This document shows, piece by piece, positions 38,922 to 49,641 of a DNA stretch of 64,000 bases. The notes under the pieces were generated by a model, which worked only from the letters and a program-made list of their open reading frames with translations, searched no databases and was not told the DNA's origin. Positions within the stretch are counted from its first letter, which is position 1. Every line of letters starts with the position of its first letter. Source of the DNA: an uncultured Verrucomicrobiae bacterium (GTDB lineage: Bacteria; Verrucomicrobiota; Verrucomicrobiia; Chthoniobacterales; JAFAMB01); contig CAWAIK010000003.1 of the NCBI GenBank assembly GCA_963782115.1, forward strand, positions 160,001 to 224,000, read 5' to 3'. The translations under genes and the position numbers were made by a program.

Positions 38922-40178
38922 CTAGCGCCGCAGCGCGGGAATGTTGCCTATCCAGGTCGTAACGAGCGCCAGGATCATGGTCCAACCAAAAAGGGTTGTG
39001 GCGAAGCCGGCTCCGCTGCCCACGGGAAGTACAACCAACAGGAGTGAGAGGAGTCCCCCGAGATAGGTGAAGGCGCCGACCAAGCTAAAAACGACGCGGC
39101 CGGCCTTGGATCGGTTCGTGAAGACTAGCGACATCGGGAATGCCGCGGCGATCAAAGTCAGACCGACAAAGATGACGCTGATCTGCTTACTCAACAGCCC
39201 GGTGACAAACAACCCGAGTCCAACGAGCACACCGCCGCCAACCGCGATAGCTTCTCTTTTTTCGTCCGATCGCAGTGCAAGGCGAGCAAATCGATCAAAC
39301 AACAGAAACAGATTTCCTACACCTTTCGCCACCCAGATCCACAGAACGAACAAACAATAGAAACCAATCAGGGCCATTCCGATCGGTGCCAGTCGCCCGA
39401 CGAAGGCTGCGTTTGCGAATTGCATCAAAATCAGAAGTCCGATCACGACCATTCCCCGACCTGCCCGCCCTAGTTTCTCCATCATAAAGCTGTACCTGAG
39501 GTAAGCACGATAAAGCGGGGACCGTGCACGAAACGCGTGCAGCAATCCTTCTCGAGCCTCCCGATGTTCAGGCTCGATTCGCAGAGCCGAGCGAAAATGC
39601 GTTTCGGCAGCTCGCACTTCTCCCCGCTGAAGCGCCAGCATCCCTGCCGACGAGTGAGTCCATGGATTCTCGGGGTTCCTTGCCAATAATCCGCGAATAT
39701 GCGCGGCACTTTCCTCCAGCTTGCCTTGCATCCTGAGCGCGTCAGCCAGGCTGTCTCCGGCAGCTTCGTTCTCGGGATCCAGCGCCAGAGCCTGACGCGC
39801 GGTACGTTCGGCCTCGTGCGGTTTGCCAAGAACCAACATGACAAGCGACTCCGCTACATAGGAGTCTGGTGAGTCGGGCGCCAAGCTTCGCGCCTGCTCG
39901 ACTTCCAGCAAAGCCTCTTTCGTACGGTTCAGCAAAATCAGAATATTCGCTCGCTGCGCATGATAGAAAGCTCGGCTCGGGCGCAATCTCAAGGCCTGGT
40001 CAATCATGGACAACGCTTCAGGACGAGTATTCGGGTCGTGCATCAGACAGGTCGACAAAAAAAAGAACCCTTGGGGTTCCTCGGGATCGCTCTGAATCGC
40101 CCTTCGCAAGTAGGATTCGGCCTCACGGTACCTGCCCTGTCCAACAAACAAAAGCGCGCGGGTAAAAGAGTCGTTCAT
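38922..40178 (-). CDS. TPR-repeat protein with C-terminal multi-TM region
   Basis: About six TPR-like repeats, then hydrophobic helices; ATGA overlap with the AAA gene stop. Confidence 0.85.
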   Translation of the reverse strand: MNDSFTRALLFVGQGRYREAESYLRRAIQSDPEEPQGFFFLSTCLMHDPNTRPEALSMIDQALRLRPSRAFYHAQRANILILLNRTKEALLEVEQARSLAPDSPDSYVAESLVMLVLGKPHEAERTARQALALDPENEAAGDSLADALRMQGKLEESAAHIRGLLARNPENPWTHSSAGMLALQRGEVRAAETHFRSALRIEPEHREAREGLLHAFRARSPLYRAYLRYSFMMEKLGRAGRGMVVIGLLILMQFANAAFVGRLAPIGMALIGFYCLFVLWIWVAKGVGNLFLLFDRFARLALRSDEKREAIAVGGGVLVGLGLFVTGLLSKQISVIFVGLTLIAAAFPMSLVFTNRSKAGRVVFSLVGAFTYLGGLLSLLLVVLPVGSGAGFATTLFGWTMILALVTTWIGNIPALRR

Positions 40179-41542
40179 TTGCGAATTCCTAAAAAGGTCA
40201 GCACATCGTCGTAGAACCCTCCCTGGTTGGCGTAAAGCGCATAATTTTTCGCGCTTTCGAACCAGGCGCGGGTGGAAGGTTTCATCCCTTTGCATGCCAG
40301 GAGCAGATCCTCCGTAGTCAACGGCACAACGCGACCTTCCTTCATGGCTCGCGAGAGAGCCCGCTCGGTCGCGACGTCGAAGATCGATTGAAGGTCGGCG
40401 CCGGAGAATTCTTTTGTTCGCTTTGCCAATGCCTTGGCCTCAAGACGTTTGAACGGCTTATTGCGGGCCAGGATTTCTATAATTGCTTCACGCGCGGATT
40501 CGTCCGGAGGCGGCACGAAGATGATGCGATCAAAACGGCCTGGGCGTCTGAACGCCGCGTCCAGATGCCACGGAGCATTCGTTGCTCCCAGAATAAGTAT
40601 CCCCTCGTTGCTTCCAATGTTTCCATCCATCTCCGCCAGGAACTGGTTGATCATCGTCCGAATGGCGCTTTCGCGAAAATCCTTTCGGTCGGCAGCCAAG
40701 GCGTCTACCTCGTCGAAAAAGAGGATCGCCGGGGGATTTTCCCGGGCCAATTGAAACGACTGGTGCAGGTTTTTTTCGCTGTTACCGACGTAAAGATCGA
40801 GAACCTGATGTATACCGATCGAGATGAAATTGGCGTGAATCTCGCCCGCGGTCGCCTTGCTGATCAAGGTTTTGCCGCAACCCGGAGGTCCGTACAGCAA
40901 CACACCGCCGCCAAGCTTTTTGCCGTACGCTTTGAAGAGAGCGCGGTTCTTGAGCGGATAAATAATCTTCATCCGTATCTCTTCCTTGATATCCTCCATG
41001 CCCCCGACGTTCGCGAAAGAAACCTTCGGCTTTTCGATGTCCGGCAGGCTGTCGCTCTCTCTCTCGAACTCGCCCACGAACTCCCAGGTATCCGGTTCGA
41101 CATCGGGAGCCAGGTTGGCCGGAGGAACCGCAGGCTTTGTCGTCTGGCCGATCTGTATGTCTCGCTCAATGACAGGATCACTCAGATTGGGGCTCAGTTT
41201 GATGGCCTTCTGATAATATTGTACGGCTAGAGAGCGATCGCCTTCGGCAACTGCCAGCCGGGAGAGCAACATCCACGCTTCCGCGAAACCAGGATTGGCT
41301 TCGGTCAAGGCCTCGGTGCGAACCACGGCCTCGGAGGTATTCCCGCTCAGATAAAGGACGCGGGCGATGCCAAGCTTGGCTTCATCGTGAGCAGGATCTG
41401 ACCGAAGAATACGATCGTAAGCGGCTCGTGCTTCTTCGAAACTCAACTCATCCAAACAAGCCTGACCGAACAAAAGCAGCAAGGGAACGTTCTGCGGCGA
41501 CACGGCAAGGGCTTCACGCAGCGAATGGAGCCTGGACGTCAT
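40175..41542 (-). CDS. TPR + classical AAA ATPase (CDC48/Vps4-like module)
   Basis: N-terminal TPRs; FANVGG, YGPPGCGKT, LFFDEVD, ATNAPWHLD.AFRRPGRFDR, FSGADL. Confidence 0.9.
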   Translation of the reverse strand: MTSRLHSLREALAVSPQNVPLLLLFGQACLDELSFEEARAAYDRILRSDPAHDEAKLGIARVLYLSGNTSEAVVRTEALTEANPGFAEAWMLLSRLAVAEGDRSLAVQYYQKAIKLSPNLSDPVIERDIQIGQTTKPAVPPANLAPDVEPDTWEFVGEFERESDSLPDIEKPKVSFANVGGMEDIKEEIRMKIIYPLKNRALFKAYGKKLGGGVLLYGPPGCGKTLISKATAGEIHANFISIGIHQVLDLYVGNSEKNLHQSFQLARENPPAILFFDEVDALAADRKDFRESAIRTMINQFLAEMDGNIGSNEGILILGATNAPWHLDAAFRRPGRFDRIIFVPPPDESAREAIIEILARNKPFKRLEAKALAKRTKEFSGADLQSIFDVATERALSRAMKEGRVVPLTTEDLLLACKGMKPSTRAWFESAKNYALYANQGGFYDDVLTFLGIRK

Positions 41543-41785
41543 AGTAAAATGACTACCAAGGTTAGCGGATAAATCGAACGGAAACTGTCCATAACGTATT
41601 TCGAGCGGCAAGGCTTGCCCTCGGCACGGTGCCGCGAGGCGAGAGGAGGCAGGTGAACATCCCAAAGGATACACGGGTCGTGGAAAACAGGAAATGGCTT
41701 CGTATTCTGGCAACCGATGGGACCTTCACTTTCGTCGGTGCAAACCGGAAAAGGTTCGTTTAATCTGCGACCGAATAATCTACTT

Positions 41786-43729
41786 ATGGCACGGGTGTCT
41801 GATTCGGCAGAATGGCTCGAAGTGGATGGCCTTGGCGGATTTGCCAGCGGGACAACCGCCGGGATCCGCACCAGGCGTTACCATGCCCTGTTGCTCACGG
41901 CGACAATTCCGCCATCGGAAAGAAAGACTCTAGTTAACGGGTTGGAAGCCTGGGTCGAGACGGCCTGCGGGAATTGGTTTCTGACTACGCAGCGGTACGC
42001 CCCGGACGTCATCTACCCGGACGGAATGACGCACATTAAAGAGTTTGAGCTTCGGCCCTGGCCGACATGGCGTTATGAGCTGGATGACAAGCTCGCGATC
42101 GAACAGGAGCTTTTCGTGCCGCACGGGCAATCTGCGCTCGTCTTAATCTGGAGACTTGCCGGCGATTCCGGGAATAAAGCTAAATTGACAGTCAGACCTT
42201 TTCTCTCTGGCAGAGACTTCCATGGAATGCACCATGAGAATAACTCGTTTTGTTTCGACCCGCAGTTGCGTGGCCAACGGGTCCGCTGGAAACCTTACTA
42301 CGATATCCCCGCCGTCGTTGTGGAATCGAATGGCACATATCGTCACTCGCCCACGTGGTATCGAAATTTTTGCTATGTCGAAGAGCGAGCGCGTGGTTTG
42401 GATTATCTGGAAGACCTGGCCAGTCCTGGTCAATTCGAGTGGGATTTACAAAGAGAGGTCGCGACCCTGATTTTCTTTGCCGAAGATTTCGCGAATATCG
42501 GCAACGAAGAAGGTGACTCCATTGAAATCGCAAACAAACTTCGGGCGCAAGAATTCCAGCGGCGCGGGGCATTTTCATCTCCGGTCACTGCTGCCGCCGA
42601 CAGTTATCTGGTCAGCCGCGGCTCAGGAAAGACCGTTATCGCAGGATATCCATGGTTCGGGGACTGGGGTCGCGACACCTTCATCTCGTTGAGAGGATTA
42701 TGCCTGGCGACCTGTCGTCTGGAGACAGCCCGAGATATCCTGAGCGAGTGGGCCGAAACCGTTTCAATGGGGATGCTGCCGAATCGTTTCCCGGACCGGG
42801 GTGTTGTGCCGGAATTTAATTCGGTCGACGCATCGCTTTGGTACATCATCGCTGTCTTTGAATATCTCCACGCGGTCCATGGCAACCCGAACCTGGAAGA
42901 TGTCGACGTGACAGCAAAGCTGCAGCAAGCGATCGAAGCGATTCTTTCCGGCTATTGCGCGGGAACTCGATTTGGCATTAGAGCTGGCGACGACGGTTTG
43001 CTCGCCGCGGGCGAACCCGGCGTCCAACTCACGTGGATGGACGCGAAGGTGGGTGAGAAGGTAATCACGCCGCGGATTGGGAAACCAGTCGAAGTGCAGG
43101 CGCTGTGGATCAATGCGCTTTGGATTGGTCAATCGTTCTCTTCTCAGTGGAAGTCGTTGTTCGCGAAAGCGTCTGAAACGTTTGCAATTCGCTTTTGGAA
43201 CGAGGCGAGAGGGCAGCTCTATGATGTTGTCGATGTTGACCATCAAGCCGGCACGGTGGACGGTTTGTTTCGTCCAAATCAGATTTTTTCGGTCGGAGGC
43301 TTGCCTCTGGTTCTGCTTCCCATGGAGCGGGCGCGGCAGGTTGTGAACGCTGTCGAGGCGGCGCTTTGCACACCGATGGGTTTGCGCTCTTTGGCTCGGG
43401 GAGAACCTGGCTATGTTCCGCGGTATGAAGGTGACGTCTGGCACCGGGATTCGGCTTACCATCAAGGGACGGTTTGGCCGTGGTTAATCGGTCCGTTCGT
43501 CGAAGCGTGGGTTCGGGTTCGTGGGAACGCGCCGGAAGTGAAAAAGCTGGCTAGAAAACAATTTTTGGATCCGTTATATTCTCAGCTTGATCAAGCTGGC
43601 CTGGGCCATCTGTCGGAGATTGCGGATGCAGAGCCACCTCACACTCCCCGTGGTTGCCCGTTTCAAGCATGGTCTCTGGGAGAACTGCTACGGCTCGATC
43701 GCATCGTGTTAGCTGAGTCAGGCGTTTAG
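41786..43729 (+). CDS. Glycogen debranching enzyme-like amylo-alpha-1,6-glucosidase
   Basis: EWLEVDGLGGFASGT, RRYHALL, IAGYPWFGDWGRDTFI, LTWMDAK, YHQGTVWPW, GCPFQAWS. Confidence 0.92.
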   Translation: MARVSDSAEWLEVDGLGGFASGTTAGIRTRRYHALLLTATIPPSERKTLVNGLEAWVETACGNWFLTTQRYAPDVIYPDGMTHIKEFELRPWPTWRYELDDKLAIEQELFVPHGQSALVLIWRLAGDSGNKAKLTVRPFLSGRDFHGMHHENNSFCFDPQLRGQRVRWKPYYDIPAVVVESNGTYRHSPTWYRNFCYVEERARGLDYLEDLASPGQFEWDLQREVATLIFFAEDFANIGNEEGDSIEIANKLRAQEFQRRGAFSSPVTAAADSYLVSRGSGKTVIAGYPWFGDWGRDTFISLRGLCLATCRLETARDILSEWAETVSMGMLPNRFPDRGVVPEFNSVDASLWYIIAVFEYLHAVHGNPNLEDVDVTAKLQQAIEAILSGYCAGTRFGIRAGDDGLLAAGEPGVQLTWMDAKVGEKVITPRIGKPVEVQALWINALWIGQSFSSQWKSLFAKASETFAIRFWNEARGQLYDVVDVDHQAGTVDGLFRPNQIFSVGGLPLVLLPMERARQVVNAVEAALCTPMGLRSLARGEPGYVPRYEGDVWHRDSAYHQGTVWPWLIGPFVEAWVRVRGNAPEVKKLARKQFLDPLYSQLDQAGLGHLSEIADAEPPHTPRGCPFQAWSLGELLRLDRIVLAESGV

Positions 43730-43773
43730 TGTTAGCACGTCTTTTTCAACACGCGGCGTTGGCGAACAGGTAC

Positions 43774-45795
43774 CTACCCTGCCTCAGCCAGGATCAAGTC
43801 CTGCAAAGCAAGTATTCCGATCAATTGACCACCGTCGTTTGCAACTATCACTTCCCGATCAGGAGTCTGAGCGAACTGCAGCAGCGCTTGTTCAACCGAG
43901 TCTTCCGGCTTCACACTGATACAATGCAAAGTACGGAGCTGACCGACTGGAGATTCGAGCCGCGCTTTTCCTTGATGCAGCCAATCGAACACGAGATCGA
44001 GGCGGAGCCAACCCTTGCACCGCTCATCGTCGTCAACTAGAGGCAAGATAGAAGCGCCGGCTTGCTTAAAGGCTTTCACCGCGGTAAGAACCGAATCGGT
44101 ATCCCGAAGAACGACTACGTCACGCCGCATGAAATCTTCGACACGCTTCTGGCGAAATGACGGAGAGGCTCGATCGACAATCGCCATCCGCTCCTGAAGG
44201 GTCAAATACTTAACAGAGCTTCGATTGAGGTAGTAGCCCAGCGTAAGACTGTTCTTGGTCAACGCCTCGAATGTTGTCTTGTCGAGCGCGATGAGGGTGG
44301 CCGACTCCAGGGCAGTCGCATCAAACTGGCGCTTGGTGTTTTGAAGCAATTCCCGCTCACCGAAGTGTTCACCCGGACCGAGTGTTCGGGCCGAGCCGGA
44401 ATGATCGTCAATCTCTACTTTCCCTTTCTCAATCAGATAGAAAGAGAAAGCGGCATCTCCAACATGGTAAATCGGATCGCCTTTCTCCAAATGGACACGT
44501 CCGATGACCTCGGTCATTTTGATGTTTAACAAGCTAATGTCCCGGGGAAACAATAGCTCCAGATTCCATTCGAAAAACACCTTCGACTTTTGCTCCAGTC
44601 CGGGCAATTTGAAGAGGTAAGTCGCACGCCAGAGAAGCCAGCCAAGAAAACCGGAAACTTTGAATCCCAAGACTTTCCCGACAGCATTACGATGTCCCAG
44701 TGACGCCATCTCGCCCAAAGTCTCAAAACGAAAAGGCTCCAAAGGCTGACCATTTCGAGCAGCGAGAATATTTTTCCCGAGGAGGGTTCCCTGGCGCATC
44801 GCGAACTGTGCAGTCGCCGGGGAAACGCTGCCGTCCCCTAGCGGGACAGCCGAACAATCTCCGGCGGACCAGAGATTTTTGTAGCCCTTCACCTGCATTG
44901 TCGGTTCAGTGCTCAGTCGCCCTCTGTTGTTTGGTAACTGGTAGCGATCAATCAATTTTTTAATCACCGGATGAGTCGCGTTGCCAACCGTGGTTACCAC
45001 CGTATTTGTCTCAACGATGTCCCCGCTGTTCAGAATTGCTCGCTCAGCGGTGATCGCGGCAACCCGCGTGCTCAACCGGACCTCGATGCCCCGATTCCGG
45101 AGTTGCAGCTCGCAGTACTTCCCCAGTTCTTCCCCGATTTGCGGCAGCAGATAAGCACCGCTATGGACCAACACCAAACGAAATTCTTTGGGGTTTATTC
45201 GGGGATAAAATCGCTGCACATCTCGCAGGAGGTCCCATAGTTGGCCGGCAGTCTCGACGCCCGAGTAGCCACCGCCAACGACAACAAACGTAAGCAGTTT
45301 GCGGCGGATCGACTCGTCCTTCACGATACTGGCCTCTTCCAGTCTTTCCAGAACACCCGACCTGAGGCGAATCGCGTCTCCAACGGTCTTCATCAGATAA
45401 CCATGCTCCGGCATACCTGGCACGCGGCTAACGTCCACAACGCTTCCGATTGCCAAAACGAGGTGTTCGAACCTCAGCGTGGCCGACGCGGTATACGGAC
45501 CGGGCAAAAAGCTCACTATTTTCTGCTCCAGGTCGATGTCATCGACTGCGCCCATAAAGATGGAACTCCCCCGACAAAAAAGCCGAAGTGGGTTGACCAC
45601 ATGCAGCGGCGAGATCGAAGAACCGCTTACTTCAGCGAGCATCGGATGGAACAACATCGCATTTTGGTCAGCGAGAAGCGCGACGTTTTCGGACGTAGTG
45701 TTTTGCAGCTCTGATCTAAGCGCCCGCGCGCAGTAGGCACCGGCAAATCCACCGCCTAATATAACAATGGGAAATGAGTAGGATTCTGCGAACAT
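43774..45795 (-). CDS. Type II NADH dehydrogenase-like flavoprotein fused to cNMP-binding and tandem CBS domains
   Basis: ILGGGFAG, VVGGGYSGVE, AGDC, ATAQFAMRQG; GDAAFSFYLIEKG...GEHFGE..LL...R (cNMP); VEDFM...LPLVD...VKPEDSV...GQLIGIL (CBS pair). Confidence 0.88.
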   Translation of the reverse strand: MFAESYSFPIVILGGGFAGAYCARALRSELQNTTSENVALLADQNAMLFHPMLAEVSGSSISPLHVVNPLRLFCRGSSIFMGAVDDIDLEQKIVSFLPGPYTASATLRFEHLVLAIGSVVDVSRVPGMPEHGYLMKTVGDAIRLRSGVLERLEEASIVKDESIRRKLLTFVVVGGGYSGVETAGQLWDLLRDVQRFYPRINPKEFRLVLVHSGAYLLPQIGEELGKYCELQLRNRGIEVRLSTRVAAITAERAILNSGDIVETNTVVTTVGNATHPVIKKLIDRYQLPNNRGRLSTEPTMQVKGYKNLWSAGDCSAVPLGDGSVSPATAQFAMRQGTLLGKNILAARNGQPLEPFRFETLGEMASLGHRNAVGKVLGFKVSGFLGWLLWRATYLFKLPGLEQKSKVFFEWNLELLFPRDISLLNIKMTEVIGRVHLEKGDPIYHVGDAAFSFYLIEKGKVEIDDHSGSARTLGPGEHFGERELLQNTKRQFDATALESATLIALDKTTFEALTKNSLTLGYYLNRSSVKYLTLQERMAIVDRASPSFRQKRVEDFMRRDVVVLRDTDSVLTAVKAFKQAGASILPLVDDDERCKGWLRLDLVFDWLHQGKARLESPVGQLRTLHCISVKPEDSVEQALLQFAQTPDREVIVANDGGQLIGILALQDLILAEAG

Positions 45796-45812
45796 CTTGC
45801 CAGCTCAGAAAG

Positions 45813-46376
45813 CTACATGGAAAGGAAGTTCGCCAAAAGCTTTTTCCCCTCGCTCGTCATAATCGACTCTGGATGAAACTGAACTCCGTGCACCGGGTAC
45901 TGCCGATGTCGCAGGCCCATGATTTCACGCTCCGATGTTTCCGCTACGATTTCCAGCTCGGCCGGCAATGTTTCACGACGCACGATCAATGAATGGTACC
46001 GAGTGGCCTCAAATGGGATGGGCAATCCCAGGAATACGCCATCGCCTTCGTGAATGATCGGCGAGGTCTTGCCGTGCATCAGGCGATCGGCTCGAACGAC
46101 CTCTCCCCCATACACCTGCCCGATGCACTGATGTCCAAGGCAGACGCCCAACACGGGAATATGCGATCCAAAATGGCGAATAAGTTCGTTGCTGATTCCG
46201 GCGTCATCAGGCGTTCCAGGTCCAGGAGAAATACAGATTTTTTCAGGGTGCAATTGCTCAATTTCGTCAATAGTCGTTCGATCATTTCGTCGGACGATCA
46301 ATTCCGCACCAAGTTCGCCGAAGTATTGAACCAGGTTGTACGTGAACGAGTCGTAGTTATCCAGGACCAAAATCAT
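45813..46376 (-). CDS. trpG: Anthranilate/aminodeoxychorismate synthase component II
   Basis: [34 protein letters not shown]. Confidence 0.93.
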   Translation of the reverse strand: MILVLDNYDSFTYNLVQYFGELGAELIVRRNDRTTIDEIEQLHPEKICISPGPGTPDDAGISNELIRHFGSHIPVLGVCLGHQCIGQVYGGEVVRADRLMHGKTSPIIHEGDGVFLGLPIPFEATRYHSLIVRRETLPAELEIVAETSEREIMGLRHRQYPVHGVQFHPESIMTSEGKKLLANFLSM

Positions 46377-47869
46377 AAGATTTGCTCTGCTCGCTCGATG
46401 GCCCGAAAAGTGGCCATGGCTTTGTTTACACTCTCCTGAAATTCAAGTTCAGGTACCGAGTCGGCCACGACGCCGCCCCCCGCCTGCACATAGGCGGTGC
46501 CATCCTTCAGGACAACACTTCGCAGTGCGATACAGGAATCGAGTTGGCCATCGAATCCGAAATACCCGACAGCACCGGCGTACACGCCGCGCTTTCCTTT
46601 CTCAAATTCGTAGATCAGCTGCATCGCCCGGACTTTGGGCGCTCCCGATACGGTTCCTGCGGGAAAGGTCGCCCGCATCACGTCGTAGGCGCTATAGCTC
46701 TGCTCAAGCTCTCCGACAACGTTCGAGACGATATGCATGACATGACTGTATCGCTCGACTGACATGAATTCCGTCACTCTGACTGTGCCATATCTAGATA
46801 TCCGGCCGACATCATTTCTAGCCAGATCGACAAGCATTAGATGCTCAGCCCGTTCCTTGGGATCGGCGAGCAGTTCTTCGGCTAGAAGCTCGTCTTCATC
46901 ACTGGTACCGCCCCTCTTCCGGGTCCCGGCGATTGGGCGAATCTCGACGTTTCGTCCCCGCAGCCGCACGTGGACTTCCGGCGAACTGCCGACCAGCGCA
47001 AACCGCTCTCCAAGCCGCAGACAGAACATGTAGGGGGAGGGATTGATGAACCGAAGGGCTCGGTAAAGAGAGAGCGGATTTCCATGGAATCCGGCTTCAA
47101 ACCTTTGCGAAGGGACCATCTGGAAGATGTCTCCGGCTTCGATATGGCGTTTCGCCTTACGAACCATCTCATGAAACTCTTCGCGAGTGGTATTGCTCCG
47201 TGGGCTTGGCGAAACAGCCACCGGAGCGGCGTTCATCAACTGCGGTTTGGTCGGCTCCTCGAGTTTGTCGACGATCCGTCGGATTTTTTCCGCGGCAACA
47301 TCGTACGCCTCATCTATTTTCGTTCCGTTAACAAATGCATTTGCGAAGATTTTGAGCCGTCGAAACCGGTGATCAAATACCAAAAAGGTATCCGTAACGA
47401 TAAAGACCATTTCCGGTAGCCCCAGTTGGTCAGGCGGCGGCTCCCCGACAGTCGGCTCAAAGAAGCGAACGGCGTCGTACCCAATATAACCGACGGCACC
47501 GCCACTGAACGGAGGCAACCCGGGCAAATCTACCGCTCGAAACCGGTCCATGAGCTGCTGCAGCTCCGCCAGAGGATCAACTGTGGATTCGAACTCGCGT
47601 CGCCGGCCGTTCTCTTCGATCGCGATGTGCCTGCCGCGAGCTTCGAAATAGATCCTTGGATCGCTGCCCAGAAAAGAGTAACGACCGACATGGTCGTTGC
47701 TTTCCGCTGATTCGAGCAAGAACGATCGAACGCCGTTATCGATCTTTTCAAACACCGCGATGGGTGTTTCATAGTCGGCGACAAACTCGGTGTAGATTGG
47801 AATGAGATTACCCTTCCGGGTCAATTCCCTAAATTCCGAGCGAGATGGAAAGAGCGGTATTGAGGTCAT
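46373..47869 (-). CDS. trpE: Anthranilate synthase component I
   Basis: [43 protein letters not shown]. Confidence 0.94.
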   Translation of the reverse strand: MTSIPLFPSRSEFRELTRKGNLIPIYTEFVADYETPIAVFEKIDNGVRSFLLESAESNDHVGRYSFLGSDPRIYFEARGRHIAIEENGRRREFESTVDPLAELQQLMDRFRAVDLPGLPPFSGGAVGYIGYDAVRFFEPTVGEPPPDQLGLPEMVFIVTDTFLVFDHRFRRLKIFANAFVNGTKIDEAYDVAAEKIRRIVDKLEEPTKPQLMNAAPVAVSPSPRSNTTREEFHEMVRKAKRHIEAGDIFQMVPSQRFEAGFHGNPLSLYRALRFINPSPYMFCLRLGERFALVGSSPEVHVRLRGRNVEIRPIAGTRKRGGTSDEDELLAEELLADPKERAEHLMLVDLARNDVGRISRYGTVRVTEFMSVERYSHVMHIVSNVVGELEQSYSAYDVMRATFPAGTVSGAPKVRAMQLIYEFEKGKRGVYAGAVGYFGFDGQLDSCIALRSVVLKDGTAYVQAGGGVVADSVPELEFQESVNKAMATFRAIERAEQIL

Positions 47870-48249
47870 TTCGCGTACACTTTTGCGGGATCAAAAAGCC
47901 TGTTCTCAATCACCGGCTTTAACTCGCCGGAAGAATCGAGCTCCTGGAAAAAGCAGCTTCTATAGCCTGTATGGCAAGCACCGGAACTTTGTTCCACTTC
48001 GAAAAGGAGGGTATCACGATCGCAATCGGTAAACCAACGAATCAGGCGTTGGGTATTTCCACTGGTTTCTCCTTTTAGCCAAAGCTGGCGGCGCGACCGG
48101 CTCCAGTAGTGCAATAAACCGGTTTCCAAGGTTTTCTCCAGAGATTGCCGGTTCATCCAGCCCATCATCAAAACCCGGCCCGGGAAGGTCGCCTCTCGGA
48201 CAATTGCGGGGATCAGTCCATCGGCGGTGTACTTAAAGTCGAGATTCAT
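47866..48249 (-). CDS. hisI: Phosphoribosyl-AMP cyclohydrolase
   Basis: YWSRSR..LWLKGETSG, DCDRD, ACHTG..SCF. Confidence 0.95.
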   Translation of the reverse strand: MNLDFKYTADGLIPAIVREATFPGRVLMMGWMNRQSLEKTLETGLLHYWSRSRRQLWLKGETSGNTQRLIRWFTDCDRDTLLFEVEQSSGACHTGYRSCFFQELDSSGELKPVIENRLFDPAKVYAK

Positions 48250-48569
48250 GCGGTCAATCCAAAGCACTAACTCAGGGTCGGACCATGTTCAAGCGGACCA
48301 ATTTCCTCACTGGGCAGGCTCCGACTCCCTCATCGCAGGCGGACCGGCCCAGCCGAAAGGTGGAAAAGAGCGAGCGCGAAAGCGCAATTGTATCGCAATA
48401 AATTTAAACACGGCTTGACGGAGTGGCTCTGTTTTGTGTGTGATTCAATCTGATGAGAGTAACGGCGATGACGGGCCGTTACGTTGTTGTTGACATGTTT
48501 CTGCGAGATTAATTGATTGATCTTCAGACCGTAACCTTTAGCACGAGCCCCCCGATAACTCGCTTACCG

Positions 48570-49634
48570 ATGACTAGCTCGAAAGGAGTAAAAACAAATA
48601 ATTGCCTGTTCCGCCGAGCTTTTCTGCTGATCGCTGCAGCATTGCCCGGGACAGTCGGCGCGCAGAGCGCCGATCAGGTTCGTTCGGTCCAAAATATTTT
48701 TGCTCCGATAGGAGCTCCAGCCGAGCTCCTGAACCAGACCTCGGTTTTGGTATTGTGGATCTGTTTGGGCATCTTTTTGGTTGTCGGTGGATTGCTTTTC
48801 TACGCTGTCGTGCGCTACCGCCGAAGATCGACAGACGACGACACAACCGAGCCGCCGCAGGTTTACGGCAGTACCGCGATCGAGCTGGCGTGGACGGTCC
48901 CCCCAATCTTGATCGTAGTGGTTCTGGCCCTCGCGACCGCACGTACCGTCGGCGAAATCCAAAACCCGAGATTCGCCGCCGATCCGCTTGAGGTGAGAAT
49001 TGTTGGCCATCGTTTCTGGTGGGAGGTGCAATACCCGAAATATAAAGTCATAACGGCCAACGAGATTCACGTCCCCGTAAGCTATTTAAGCGCGCCGCGC
49101 CCCGTAGAGATGACGCTCGCCTCAGCCGACGTGGTCCACGGGTTTTGGGTGCCTGAGCTGAACGGAAAGGAATGGCTAGTTCCGGATCGCGAGAACAAGT
49201 GGTGGATCCAGCCCACATCGCTCGGAATTTATCTTGGCAATTGTACGGTGCTCTGCGGTCTCCAGCACGCAAACATGCTGATTCGCGTGGTCGTCGAGGC
49301 GCCGGAAGACTTCGACGCCTGGGTAGCACGACAGCAGCGACCTCCGAATCCTGATCCAAGCACCGAAGAAGGCCTGAAAGCCTTTGGAGCGAACTCGTGC
49401 GGCAGTTGCCATACGATCGAGGGAACAACTTCGAACGGAATCTTTGGTCCCAATCTCACCCATTTCATGACCCGAAAGACATTGGGGGCAGGCGTCGCGC
49501 CCAATGACGACGCGAACCTCAAAGCATGGCTGCGCGACCCGCAGGAACTCAAACCTGGCTGCCTGATGCCTGACATGAAGTTAGATCCACAACAGGTCGA
49601 CCAAATCATGGCCTATCTTAAAACGTTGAACTAA
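48570..49634 (+). CDS. coxB: Cytochrome c oxidase subunit II with fused cytochrome c (caa3 type)
   Basis: IELAWT, GHRFWW, DVVHGFW, CTVLCGLQHANM CuA site, CGSCH heme motif; start uncertain. Confidence 0.93.
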   Translation: MTSSKGVKTNNCLFRRAFLLIAAALPGTVGAQSADQVRSVQNIFAPIGAPAELLNQTSVLVLWICLGIFLVVGGLLFYAVVRYRRRSTDDDTTEPPQVYGSTAIELAWTVPPILIVVVLALATARTVGEIQNPRFAADPLEVRIVGHRFWWEVQYPKYKVITANEIHVPVSYLSAPRPVEMTLASADVVHGFWVPELNGKEWLVPDRENKWWIQPTSLGIYLGNCTVLCGLQHANMLIRVVVEAPEDFDAWVARQQRPPNPDPSTEEGLKAFGANSCGSCHTIEGTTSNGIFGPNLTHFMTRKTLGAGVAPNDDANLKAWLRDPQELKPGCLMPDMKLDPQQVDQIMAYLKTLN

Positions 49635-49641
49635 TCAAACT

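Noticed and set aside
48452..48482. CTGATGAG plus hairpin as a hammerhead ribozyme or fluoride riboswitch
   Set aside because: No GAAA after the stem and no pseudoknot partner; only a simple GTAACGGC/GCCGTTAC hairpin
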